DNA from: an uncultured cyanobacterium
GTDB taxonomy: Bacteria > Cyanobacteriota > Cyanobacteriia > Cyanobacteriales > Nostocaceae
DNA length: 64,000 nt
Assembly (NCBI GenBank): GCA_963706595.1
Contig: OY970166.1
Span: forward strand, 4,192,001 to 4,256,000
Reading direction: 5' to 3'
In this document: piece after piece, positions 21,001 to 29,898 of the stretch
How positions within the stretch are numbered: the stretch's first letter is position 1
Layout of the letters: the number at the start of each line of letters is the position of its first letter
Position numbers and translations under genes: made by a program
Notes under the pieces: generated by a model
What the model saw: the letters and a program-made list of their open reading frames with translations, nothing else
Database searches by the model: none
Told to the model about the DNA's origin: nothing

Positions 21001-21362
21001 AAATTGATGGTCAAATCTTTAGTTGGCAAGATCGGTTACAAATTAAAGCAAAAACAATTTCTAAATATCAAATTCCTGAACTAACTCAGCTAAGATTATT
21101 TCTTGATGCTTTCCATGCTAGTTTAGAAGACTTAGGAATTGATGGCATTAAACCTCTAGAAGGTTATGAATTTGAAAAAGAATATCCAGATGATCCAGAC
21201 CCTGACTATAATCAAAAACTATGGAAAGCTACAGCTAGGGAGTTAAAAGATTCTTTAAATTCTATTAAAGGTGATGTTGAAAATATCCGTGAAGAACCAC
21301 CATTCATTCTAGCGTTAAAAGCATTGCTCAAAGTTTTAGCTAAGAATTGGGCTGGTAAATAA
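18087..21362 (+). CDS. Large protein with C-terminal actin/Hsp70-fold ATPase domain
   Basis: ATG at 18087 after AAGGAA; VGVDFGTSFT (phosphate 1), LSFPSAF, TESLAFA (connect), IDMGGGTSD (phosphate 2), IGGNGSR (adenosine), PKDEAACG. Confidence 0.8.
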   Translation: MTSAYTTNQSALLLPKLKDDCDVKSGNPGIWDSQAPKAFNDVASSLDYKAPGEVKSVSSVPTIWARPLSMEMALHNDAYPIREQMIIQWQGMLAALALAEVRGFPIKAELLELGTKKDSHVFARSLYELLPDPVNTLYTFNNNKHPWEDLYVFTWKNQPIGMSSPSTLVVPSEEGIWDGLPWWDSNILQLRSPHNYLNDTEKAQLAFWLDNLRREIRRYNGQSKAIDRIVGLVNGFINSLGVTTTPNFQFSDNPAYFEVEINRGALTALNLPVKVESRESNVRIVPSLVKPNVPPLLIIDPAIATAWNEPPQNICVYEGKNLAAFRPEDLETWNRSRKVICLESKDLFLPDLKFIDQEGILPGALLPEGTQSLVFKNRNITPLIPLNPILLNYFTPEDLTKKIKLQLVNNGAGGSQVRVSLTLPLYGVKGGKVPQNFFLVKDYPLLEENIIYQVPVLEVWPDFRAEGWKEYYGFYYDAEYGEETFQVSFPNAKDIHIFKERKGSYQTVQLEEFPAFIECKDIYTNTVGLILLATPEEISPVGNWVVGVDFGTSFTNVYVNKNDKVTERLNLENLHRKITYVLVETRFPVLFEYFIPESFIPIDKPFPMSTVLTRKGSKNANEDQLNPIFDGRLYIPARNRFEPQQTWIRTNLKWDTINLTDNQLFLKHLALHITAIAAKNGVKNIQWSLSFPSAFSAKQEQNYAKNWQKITKEIEAKSSIKHQSPAKDDPTYFRTESLAFAQYFAEYEDENLVNTTCIDMGGGTSDISIWQDDELVHQCSVELAGRDLFSQFIKINLNFLKKLDINPDEWKTLNKEEAFNAKLDVWMRLEAANWLEKKRDLLEEDKDFQGLLRLMAIGVSGLYFYVGQILSVLHKEDKYTLDEITPVYIGGNGSRLLHWLAEGGEFDKNSEINGLLSRMMSVASGFTDTEELTRLSQNPKDEAACGLVLKDKKLKGLNKKEKDHVIAGEDCEIDGQIFSWQDRLQIKAKTISKYQIPELTQLRLFLDAFHASLEDLGIDGIKPLEGYEFEKEYPDDPDPDYNQKLWKATARELKDSLNSIKGDVENIREEPPFILALKALLKVLAKNWAGK

Positions 21363-21446
21363 AACACTTGCTTTAAAAGTGGGCGATATATTCATATTCG
21401 CCCAAATTATATTAAAGTCAGTAAATCAACTATAAGGAGGTTAAAA

Positions 21447-22259
21447 ATGGAAAAAAATTCTAATAAATGTCCAGTTTGTCACACTGAATTTAGTGAGCAG
21501 GAAAAAAGAGAAATAGTAATAAACAATATAAATAAAATAAATAACTTTAAGATAAATTGTGAAAAACTAAACGAAGAAAATAAAAACTTGAGAATTCACA
21601 TAGAGGAATTAAACCAAAAAATACAAGAACTTCAAGAACAATTAATCAAGTATGACAGTCCTGATGATTCAGTAGTTCAATATAATGATGTAGAAATACA
21701 AGAACTTCTACAGAAATTAAAACATCCACTGGTTATTGAGGCTATTAAAAACATAATTCATAATCATGTTGAAAGCCAAGATAATTCAATATCTAATCAA
21801 GTTGGAGAAGATCTCAAAAATCAAAATGTAGATGAAATAATAACTGATGATGTAGAAAATAATTCTCCTGAGTCTGATACAGCTATAACATTACACGAAC
21901 AGGAATTAGTCAAGAATTATCAAGATTCAAATTTCGATTTTCAGCAATTTATAATTAGGGTCTCTGAACCAGAGCAAAGTCAAACTAATCGTTGGGGTGG
22001 TAGTAAAGAAGCAACAAGTTTTAAATATAATCGCCAAGGTAATTATTGGATAGTCAATATGGATAATGGTTTGTATATCGTGCCTCAAAAAAAGTTTAAG
22101 ATTAATGAATATAGCCAAGAAACATTAACCTCAACTTTTGATTGTCGTAACTATCAACCAGGAAAATCAGAAGATTTTGTTTTAATAAAACCTGGGAAAG
22201 TAATTGCTATAAGCGCAGAGGAATGGCAATTAGTAGAACGTGGTATCCTACACTTTTAA
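21447..22259 (+). CDS. Coiled-coil protein with one copy of the locus-specific GNYW/KP/ERG domain
   Basis: AAGGAGG RBS; CPVC at N-terminus, heptad region, C-terminal GNYWIV...LIKPGKV...WQLVERGILHF. Confidence 0.8.
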   Translation: MEKNSNKCPVCHTEFSEQEKREIVINNINKINNFKINCEKLNEENKNLRIHIEELNQKIQELQEQLIKYDSPDDSVVQYNDVEIQELLQKLKHPLVIEAIKNIIHNHVESQDNSISNQVGEDLKNQNVDEIITDDVENNSPESDTAITLHEQELVKNYQDSNFDFQQFIIRVSEPEQSQTNRWGGSKEATSFKYNRQGNYWIVNMDNGLYIVPQKKFKINEYSQETLTSTFDCRNYQPGKSEDFVLIKPGKVIAISAEEWQLVERGILHF

Positions 22260-22269
22260 TCATTACATT

Positions 22270-23718
22270 ATGTTAAAAAGCAATTACATCAAATCTCTCC
22301 CTGTAGTTTTACTAATATCTCTGATGGTTGGGTGTGAACGTCCTCCCTTGGATTCCCAAAATAGTAATCCTACAGTTAAAATCAGTACATCTCCAATTGT
22401 TCAAGAGAAACCAGATAATTTAAATGCAGTTTTATCTGCATACAGTGAATTTAAGAACTCAATCACTAAGCTTAATTCTGAACTGAAAAATTTTGTAGTA
22501 GGGAATTTACAGCCAGACCAAGTAAATTTTAGCGAACCTAACAAAAAGCTAATTAAATTACAGGAATCTATTTTAGCTTTAAAAATACAGCTTAATGGCA
22601 TAAGTAATAATTCCGATATTAATCAATCTATTGATGATATAAATACAACAATTACAGATATTCAGAGAGTAATTAAACCAATAGAAAAAGGATTAAATTC
22701 TGCTGTTGTGCGTGAAGTTCAACAATTAATAGACCTGCAAAAAAATACAGGAATAGCTCCTACAGGTATTTTTAAAACCACTACACAGGAACAACTCGAA
22801 AAATTCCTTGTGCTAAGACTTGGAAATTTAGACCAGCAATTTAAAGAAATTGATAACCTTATTCAAAAAACAGAAAATATTTCCATTAATAACAATATTA
22901 TTAATCCTGATAGTCCAATTATCGCAAATTCTACGGCGGAAAATCAGGACGAAATTCTGATATCTAAATCAGCACTTGATAATATTTATAACCGGCTGAA
23001 TCTGACTGTGACTATTACCAGTTGTGGGTTTATTATCCTAGCTGGATTATTCGCATGGTTGATGTATAGGCTAAATCTCGTCGAAACCAGACTAAAATCT
23101 AGTAATTCCTCAAAAAATGAAACTCAATTAGGGAATATTAAAAATTATATTGAGAGCGAATTTACACAGATTGAACAGTATTTACAAAGTTTAGATACTA
23201 GGTTCAAAAATTTAGAAATATCTTCTCAAAATTATAGTTCACCAAATTATAAAGGTGAAAATAATCAATCCTATACTTCACAAAGTAACACAGCAACAAA
23301 TCATCCACAACCTAAAGTAGTAAATATTTCTCATTCTCAATCATCTACATCGAATAAAGAAACTCAGATAGTGACATTATATAATAATCAGCCTCGTTCT
23401 CTATCTGCAAATGCAATTACTGTGGCAGAAACTGATCACACAGTTGAACAACGTCGTATGGGTAGAACTGTTGCACCTATTTTAGAGGAAAATCAGCTAG
23501 GTAATTATTGGATAATTCAAGAAGGTCATAACGAATATCTTGTACCTAAAGGAAGTATTAAAATTAATGAATATAACTATGAAACAATATCAAGCTGTTT
23601 TGAATGTTTAGCATATAATCCAAATTATTCCAGTAATTTTATATTGTTAAAACTAGCAATAGTTTCATCTATAGGACAAAATTGGCAATTAATAGAACCA
23701 GGTGAATTACAATTTTAA
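22270..23718 (+). CDS. Predicted lipoprotein with helical region, internal TM helix and C-terminal GNYW domain
   Basis: ATG at 22270; lipobox LMVGC; TM ITSCGFIILAGLFAWLMY; GNYWII...WQLIEPGELQF. Confidence 0.8.
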   Translation: MLKSNYIKSLPVVLLISLMVGCERPPLDSQNSNPTVKISTSPIVQEKPDNLNAVLSAYSEFKNSITKLNSELKNFVVGNLQPDQVNFSEPNKKLIKLQESILALKIQLNGISNNSDINQSIDDINTTITDIQRVIKPIEKGLNSAVVREVQQLIDLQKNTGIAPTGIFKTTTQEQLEKFLVLRLGNLDQQFKEIDNLIQKTENISINNNIINPDSPIIANSTAENQDEILISKSALDNIYNRLNLTVTITSCGFIILAGLFAWLMYRLNLVETRLKSSNSSKNETQLGNIKNYIESEFTQIEQYLQSLDTRFKNLEISSQNYSSPNYKGENNQSYTSQSNTATNHPQPKVVNISHSQSSTSNKETQIVTLYNNQPRSLSANAITVAETDHTVEQRRMGRTVAPILEENQLGNYWIIQEGHNEYLVPKGSIKINEYNYETISSCFECLAYNPNYSSNFILLKLAIVSSIGQNWQLIEPGELQF

Positions 23719-23732
23719 TCAACACAAATTAC

Positions 23733-24848
23733 ATGGAAATGCAAAATATTGAAAAGGTGGATTTTTCGGAAAATGAATTAATTATATTATATAATTATAT
23801 TCCCCGTCTAATTGAAAAATCTGCAATATTAGTTAATTTATCTCCTAGTTACTATACAAACGGTAAGCAGGAAATATTGCTGACAGAAGATACAAAAGGA
23901 AATTACTGGGTTATTGCAACTGATTATGATATTTATTGGCTGTTTCCCATTGCGACACTCAAGGGTAAATTTAACCACCATGTCAATGAAGCATTAAATC
24001 TATTATTTGAGTTTAAAAATTACGAAAATTCAGAAAATCGTGAATTTACGCTGAAAAAACCAGCTAAAGTTTATCCTGCGATTAGTCGGGAAGGTTGGAT
24101 ACTAGAATCAACAGGTTTTCTGGATTTTACTAATTTACGGTTATTATCTATTGAAACATCAAATGGCAACAGCAATAAAATACCATTAATACAGGAAAAT
24201 TCAACTTTACAGCTATCACAAAAAGAATTTGAGGAATATAGAAGTAAAGTTGAGGCGGAAATTAATCTATTAAAAATGCAAGTTCAACAGTTGACGGAAG
24301 CGCGAGAACAATTTAAAACCGAAATTAAAGAAATTAAGGATAGGTATTTTAGTTTAGAAACTCAACTACCAGCGACAGCAGAACACAATAGTTCTAGTAA
24401 TCATCAGGTTGAGAATACTCAAGAGGTAAAAATATCAAATCAGGATAATTCAATTAATATATCTACAGAATTAAATCTCACTTCTGAAGAATTACGAATT
24501 GTTGAAACATATAATTATAATCCTGTGATAATTTCACAGCAAGCGAAGCAAGTTTCTGAAACTACAACTAGTATTGAAAAGCGTAGTCAGGGTATTAATG
24601 ATACAGTTGTTTTAGAAAAACAATCTCAAGGTCATTACTGGTTGGTTGGTAAAGAGACATTATATTTAATGCCTAGACGAGGTTTCAAGATAAATCGCTC
24701 AACTGTAGATACTTTTAAAGCTTTATTTCAATTTCGAGGAAGTAAAGTTCCAAGTAAGTTTAAGTTAATCAAACCTGCTCAGGTAGCTATGATAATTAAT
24801 TCACAAACTTGGCAACTAACCGAGCGGGGAATTATTGAATTTGAATAA
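23733..24848 (+). CDS. Protein with two GNYW domains separated by a coiled coil
   Basis: GNYWVI...KKPAKV...WILESTGFLDF and GHYWLV...IKPAQV...WQLTERGIIEF. Confidence 0.82.
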   Translation: MEMQNIEKVDFSENELIILYNYIPRLIEKSAILVNLSPSYYTNGKQEILLTEDTKGNYWVIATDYDIYWLFPIATLKGKFNHHVNEALNLLFEFKNYENSENREFTLKKPAKVYPAISREGWILESTGFLDFTNLRLLSIETSNGNSNKIPLIQENSTLQLSQKEFEEYRSKVEAEINLLKMQVQQLTEAREQFKTEIKEIKDRYFSLETQLPATAEHNSSSNHQVENTQEVKISNQDNSINISTELNLTSEELRIVETYNYNPVIISQQAKQVSETTTSIEKRSQGINDTVVLEKQSQGHYWLVGKETLYLMPRRGFKINRSTVDTFKALFQFRGSKVPSKFKLIKPAQVAMIINSQTWQLTERGIIEFE

Positions 24849-25191
24849 GCTTAAGTAAGTTGTTGAGAAAAATTTAATGTATATAAAAAGATATTAGCTG
24901 TTGCACTGTAAATTGGTGAAGGTGCGTTGCGCTTCGCGACAACACACCCTACTTAATTTGTCTTTAGATTGTCAGAAGTATTCGTGCTTACCTACTTATT
25001 TATATGAAGTATAATTTACGAAGTCTCAAACCTAAAACAGAAAAGCTGTTAGATAAACTCAAGGAACTGAAACTTCAACTGCAAGATTTATTTTTACCTA
25101 AAATAGGGGGGAAATGTGTACACAACCTATATTTATAGTAGAATTAAAGGCTTTATTGACTATTTTATCACAAAGGTGGGATTAATAACTA

Positions 25192-25926
25192 ATGTCTACA
25201 ATAAAGTTTGATGAACTTGTCCGCAGTTTTAATAATTTGAGACAACTTTGTTATCAGAATTTTGCCGTTAGAATAACTAATATAGAAGATTATCTATCTA
25301 CACTTACTGACCGAGTTATAGAGGGAAAGGTGATAGTTAATGGTAATTTTGAGGCAGAAAAAGTTAGCCGTGTGAATATTTCTGAGTCTCAGTTGGTGCA
25401 AGTTTATAATGATGTTCCTCAAGTTTTAGGGAAAAATTCTGTTGTTTTGGAATTAACTGCTAAAAGTTATCGTAATCTTCAACATGGTGAACCAATTTTC
25501 CTGGAAAATGATGAGAATGGTAAATATTGGATGATTACAACTGATATAGATCGGTTTTTTGTTGTGCCAAGTATGAATGTTAAATCAAATATACACAAAT
25601 TAAGAACTGTCAAAATGTTGTTTGATTTCTCTGGTGATGAGCCGTCAGCAGATAGTGATTTTATATTAATTGAACCTGCAAAAGTTTCTAGTCAAGCCAG
25701 TGGTAAGGAATGGAAACTAAAAGAAAGGGGGATTTTGGAATTTAAGAATGCTTTTTTGCCGAATCAAAATTTTCAAACAAATGTGGAAGATTCTAATTTA
25801 GAAATAAAAAAAATTGCTCAACAGTTAGATGATTTAAAAATTCAGTTCTATGAGTCGCAGCAAGAAAGAATAAAATTACAGTTGCAAGTTGAAGAAATAG
25901 CGAATAAGTTAAAATGGTTAGATTAA
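25192..25926 (+). CDS. Protein with one GNYW domain and C-terminal coiled coil
   Basis: GKYWMI...IEPAKV...WKLKERGILEF followed by heptad repeats. Confidence 0.8.
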   Translation: MSTIKFDELVRSFNNLRQLCYQNFAVRITNIEDYLSTLTDRVIEGKVIVNGNFEAEKVSRVNISESQLVQVYNDVPQVLGKNSVVLELTAKSYRNLQHGEPIFLENDENGKYWMITTDIDRFFVVPSMNVKSNIHKLRTVKMLFDFSGDEPSADSDFILIEPAKVSSQASGKEWKLKERGILEFKNAFLPNQNFQTNVEDSNLEIKKIAQQLDDLKIQFYESQQERIKLQLQVEEIANKLKWLD

Positions 25927-25942
25927 TTTAGTTTTAATAAGC

Positions 25943-26044
25943 TATAGCGGTTATCAGTTAAGTGAGATGAACCCCACCCCCAACCCCCTCCCCGCAAGCG
26001 AGGAGGGGGCTATGATGTACTTCATTGAAGTGGATACCGCTATA
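25943..26044. mobile_element. ~102-bp MITE-like element
   Basis: TATAGCGGT...ACCGCTATA terminal inverted repeat; near-identical copy at 49441..49546. Confidence 0.8.
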
Positions 26045-26303
26045 ATCTCTATTTAATATCAATGTCAATGTCGCATGAATGAATATTTGTAATGGAGAAG
26101 GTCGCCAAGTGAAGAGGTTCAGAAATGATTTAGGACTGCTATAGGTTAGGTTGAGCAATGCAAAACCCAAAGTTGGCGAGGATGTTGGATTTCCCAAAGC
26201 CTCAACTCAACCTACTTTAATTATAAGTTGTAATTTAAATATGCGTTTTCGGTGAACTGTCGTAGAGAGCTTGTATACAATGTTTCTAGATTCGGTGGCA
26301 TTT

Positions 26304-28940
26304 TTACAATTTTAATTGTTCGTTTTGGAGAATTTCTGTGGCTTTTTCAGCCGTAAGTGGTCTGTAGAACAGAAAACCCTGGACATCCTCACAGTTGATG
26401 GATGCTAAAAAATCGAGTTCTTCTTGCTTTTCTACTCCTTCGGCGGTTAATCTTAATCCTAAACTCCTGCCTAAAGTGACGATCGCCTGGACAATATGAG
26501 CAACTTTCGCATCCTTTGTCAACCCGTGGATGAAAGACCTGTCAATTTTTAAATTGTGAAATGGTAACAGTTGTAGGCGCGAGAGTGAGGAATGACCAGT
26601 ACCAAAGTCATCAATGGAAATATGAACGCCCATTTGTTCTAAACTTTGCAACACTGTTCTAGTAAAATCTAAATCTTCAATAGCTGTAGTTTCTGTAATT
26701 TCTAATTCTAAAAAGTTGGGGTCTAAACCTGTCTGTTCTAAAATTTTAGCTACTGTCTCTACTAGTTTAGGTTGGCGGAACTGTTGAGGAGATAAATTGA
26801 CAGCAATAGTCAGAGGAGGAAATCCAGCTTTTTGCCAAGCTTTATTCTGAATACAGGCTGTCCGTAATACCCATTCGCCAATCTGGACTATTAATCCATT
26901 GGCTTCAGCCAGGGGAATGAAAACATTGGGCGCGACTAGTCCCAAATCAGGATGCTGCCAACGTAACAGCGCCTCCATACCAGTAATTTTTTTGCTATTA
27001 ATGTTGATCTTAGGTTGATAATATATCGTTAATTCTTGCTTTTCTAGGGCATGGCGCAAGCTTTTTTCTAAAGTTAGAAGTTCAGGATTTTTGGTATTTA
27101 GGGTATTGGTGTAGAACTGGTAGTTATTTCTGCCTTCATCTTTGGCATAATATAAGGCGGTATCTGCGTGCTGAATTAAAGTTTCGGCATCAGAGTTATG
27201 TTCATCAAGTAAGGCAATGCCGAGGCTGGCACTCACATAAAGTTCATGTCCATCCAGATAAAATACATCTTCTAAGGCTTTTAAAATTCTCTGTGCTACC
27301 TGTGAAACTTCTTCAAGATAATTCACGCGAGTTAGTAGGATAGTAAATTCATCACCCCCCCAACGGGCAAGAGTATCCCCGCTTCGGAGAGAGTTTTTCA
27401 ATCTTTCTGCCACATGTTGTAACAATCGATCTCCCAATGTATGACCCAATGTGTCATTGATGATTTTGAAACGATCCAAATCAAGAAACATCACAGCTAA
27501 ACTTTCCTGATTACGAACCGCGTTGGGTACGGCTTTTTCCAGCAGCTCATTAAATAACAACCGATTGGGTAATCCAGTGAGGAAATCATGAAGAGCCTGG
27601 AAGCGGATTTTGCCTTCGACCTGCTGACGCTGCCAAGCACCACTAATACTAGCTGCCATTGTCAAAAGTGTAGATTCTTCATGCTTTGACCAAAGGCGCT
27701 CTGTTGAACAATCTGCCAAGCCCAGATAACCCCAAAATTTTGCCTCTAGCCGCAAAGGTACTAGTAGCAGAGATTTTATACCGTCTCTGGAGAGTAATTC
27801 TCGCTCGCTGGGAGGAAATTCTTTTGTGAGTCCGTTAATAGATTCTCCACTAGAGAGAACAGCATACCAACGTCCTAATTCAGCAGATTGATAAGACTGA
27901 TTCTGCCAGTCTTGAAGAGAAGATTCAGTGTTGATGTTTGTCCATTCAAACTGGAGGCTAACTGCCATTTCCCCTGTTACTGAATGAAGATGATTACTAA
28001 AGACATAGACACGATCTACCTTGGCAGCTTTCCCCAACACAGCCAGAGCTTTGTGAATAGCGATTTCGTAGTTCATTTCTACTAGTAAATAATTGGCTGC
28101 TTCGGCAACTGCCTGTAGCAAGCGATCGCGTTGCTGGAGTTCGGCTTGGGCTTGTTTTTGCTCAGTAATATCCCTAGCAATAAAAGTTCTAATTAAGTCA
28201 CTTTCTGGCAGAAAATGTACTGATTGCTCAAAGATTTTTTGACCAACCTGCACTTCCCGGACAAAAGGATTTTTCTGGCGATTAGCAACTGCATTGAGTA
28301 ATCCTGTGAGGATAGGATGTTGTTTGCCCATTTGCTTGAGTTTGGGAAACTCCATAGATGCAGCTGGATTGAGATAAGTCACCCTCTCCTTGAGATCCAT
28401 CTCAATAATCGGATTGGGGATAAGTTCTGGGAAAGAAGCTAGGCGAGCTAAAGCTGTATTATTAGCTCCGTCAGAGCCAGGATCAATAATTAGAGTTTGA
28501 AAAGGATTGAGGGTGTTGACTTGGTTAGTCAGAAAATCAGACAGGTCTTCGGCTTCACAAGAGGCAAAAAATTCTGTTTCAGATAGGTTAGAAACAGCAT
28601 AATATTTAGCCTGAGCTTGATGGTCACCAAACACAATCACATCTCCATGCTTGAGGTTATGAGAGAAGGATTTATTCCCATTTACTAATAAGCCATTAGT
28701 ACTACCCTGTCCTGTGAAGTTACCATCTATAATCCAAAAGCCATATTGGTCAGTTTCTGGAAGAGTTACCCGTAATAAAATTGCATGTTGTCTAGATACT
28801 GAACGTGAACGCAGGACAATAGAGTTTTCACGATGCCGTCCTAAAGAATAAATAGCCTCGTGAAGGGGGATAGTCTGCCGTCCTCGCAAGTCTTGGATAA
28901 CTAACAAGTGGCGTATTTTTTCCCGCTCATTTCCTGACAT
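26304..28940 (-). CDS. FHA-PAS-GAF-GGDEF-EAL c-di-GMP signalling protein
   Basis: LGRH...VSRQHA...STNG (FHA); RWGGDEF; EALLRW, ELEITE, DDFGTG. Confidence 0.93.
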   Translation of the reverse strand: MSGNEREKIRHLLVIQDLRGRQTIPLHEAIYSLGRHRENSIVLRSRSVSRQHAILLRVTLPETDQYGFWIIDGNFTGQGSTNGLLVNGNKSFSHNLKHGDVIVFGDHQAQAKYYAVSNLSETEFFASCEAEDLSDFLTNQVNTLNPFQTLIIDPGSDGANNTALARLASFPELIPNPIIEMDLKERVTYLNPAASMEFPKLKQMGKQHPILTGLLNAVANRQKNPFVREVQVGQKIFEQSVHFLPESDLIRTFIARDITEQKQAQAELQQRDRLLQAVAEAANYLLVEMNYEIAIHKALAVLGKAAKVDRVYVFSNHLHSVTGEMAVSLQFEWTNINTESSLQDWQNQSYQSAELGRWYAVLSSGESINGLTKEFPPSERELLSRDGIKSLLLVPLRLEAKFWGYLGLADCSTERLWSKHEESTLLTMAASISGAWQRQQVEGKIRFQALHDFLTGLPNRLLFNELLEKAVPNAVRNQESLAVMFLDLDRFKIINDTLGHTLGDRLLQHVAERLKNSLRSGDTLARWGGDEFTILLTRVNYLEEVSQVAQRILKALEDVFYLDGHELYVSASLGIALLDEHNSDAETLIQHADTALYYAKDEGRNNYQFYTNTLNTKNPELLTLEKSLRHALEKQELTIYYQPKININSKKITGMEALLRWQHPDLGLVAPNVFIPLAEANGLIVQIGEWVLRTACIQNKAWQKAGFPPLTIAVNLSPQQFRQPKLVETVAKILEQTGLDPNFLELEITETTAIEDLDFTRTVLQSLEQMGVHISIDDFGTGHSSLSRLQLLPFHNLKIDRSFIHGLTKDAKVAHIVQAIVTLGRSLGLRLTAEGVEKQEELDFLASINCEDVQGFLFYRPLTAEKATEILQNEQLKL

Positions 28941-29349
28941 TGCTCATCCTTAAATTTTTATATCTGAGAATTTTTTCGGAAAAAACACTGGTCAATCGAT
29001 TGTGGATTTTGGACTGATCCTGACCAGCAGGGTAAGGGGCTTGGGGATTTTGGATAATAGAATTGCTTCACTCACAGGGGGGAGGTACTGAGGTTCTTTA
29101 GTTTCCAAAGGTGGGGCAAGTGGCGTTGAGGCATGAAAAAAAATCTACAATTGGCACGGTCAATTTAACCTGAATTTTCAGTCTCTGTTTTCTGAAAAAA
29201 CTCTGGTGGTATCTATCTTACATTTGGACAGAGGACTCCCTCTACATCCTATCGGATTAGCGGTGAGATGAATGGCGGTCAAAAAAAAACTAACGCCATA
29301 GAGTTTCCTGTTTTGGTTGATTTTAGTTGTTCAACTTATTATTTTAGTT

Positions 29350-29704
29350 GCTAAACAATCAATTCCTTACTCTGAAAGCTGCTCCATAAAAAAGGGCGAT
29401 TAAAACTACCAAAGCTAAAAACTTTAAAGCAAGTATTTCTAGAAATATGAGCAGAAAAATCAAATATGGCACTGTTTCTCAAAGAAGCACAGATAAGTCT
29501 TTTGCAGCAATATTGTTTGAGATAGAAGAATTCAAAACTAATAATCAAGGGAAAATAGCAGGGATTGATTTAGGCGTAAGTAGTTTAGTAACTGGATTTG
29601 ATGGAAAGAACTGCTACAAAGGTAAAGCAGTTCAGGTAGTAGCCAGAGTTTACGAGAGCATATCTCATATCAGACCAGATTTGTTTCATGAAAAATTAGT
29701 ATAA
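29350..29704 (+). pseudogene. tnpB: Degraded IS200/IS605-family TnpB remnant
   Basis: Fragments LKLPKLKTLK, GKIAGIDLGVSSL (RuvC-I-like) and KAVQVVARVYESISHIRPDLFH; broken frame, internal deletion, no Zn finger. Confidence 0.7.
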
Positions 29705-29898
29705 TTTAGCAACTATCTTAAGAATGGACTTTTGGAAATCAAGCACTGCGACTGAAAAACACCGCAGCTAGCACAATTAAACTTAACAACACTAAAGGCA
29801 CCCATAGATTAGGTATATCTGATAAATTCATTACACATTTCTGTTAACAGTCCTGATCAGCGATAATTCCTTTATACATGAACCCGCACGGAGAATAG

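Noticed and set aside
16573..21362. Calling these genes ftsZ and ftsA/dnaK/mreB, or a plasmid TubZ/ParM partition system
   Set aside because: Motifs, sizes and context differ from the canonical genes; no adjacent DNA-binding adaptor, centromere-like repeats or replicon features, and the flanks are chromosomal housekeeping genes
25004..25138. 44-aa ORF MKYNLRSLKPKTEKLLDKLKELKLQLQDLFLPK... inside the tubulin-like locus
   Set aside because: Short, no clear RBS, and cannot be joined to 25192 (stop at 25186 in that frame); could be a remnant but unsupported
25958..26197. Short ORFs over repeats (also 58397..58705, 58602..58793, 50437..50640, 49514..49864)
   Set aside because: Translations of MITE or palindromic repeat sequence, or antisense to real genes
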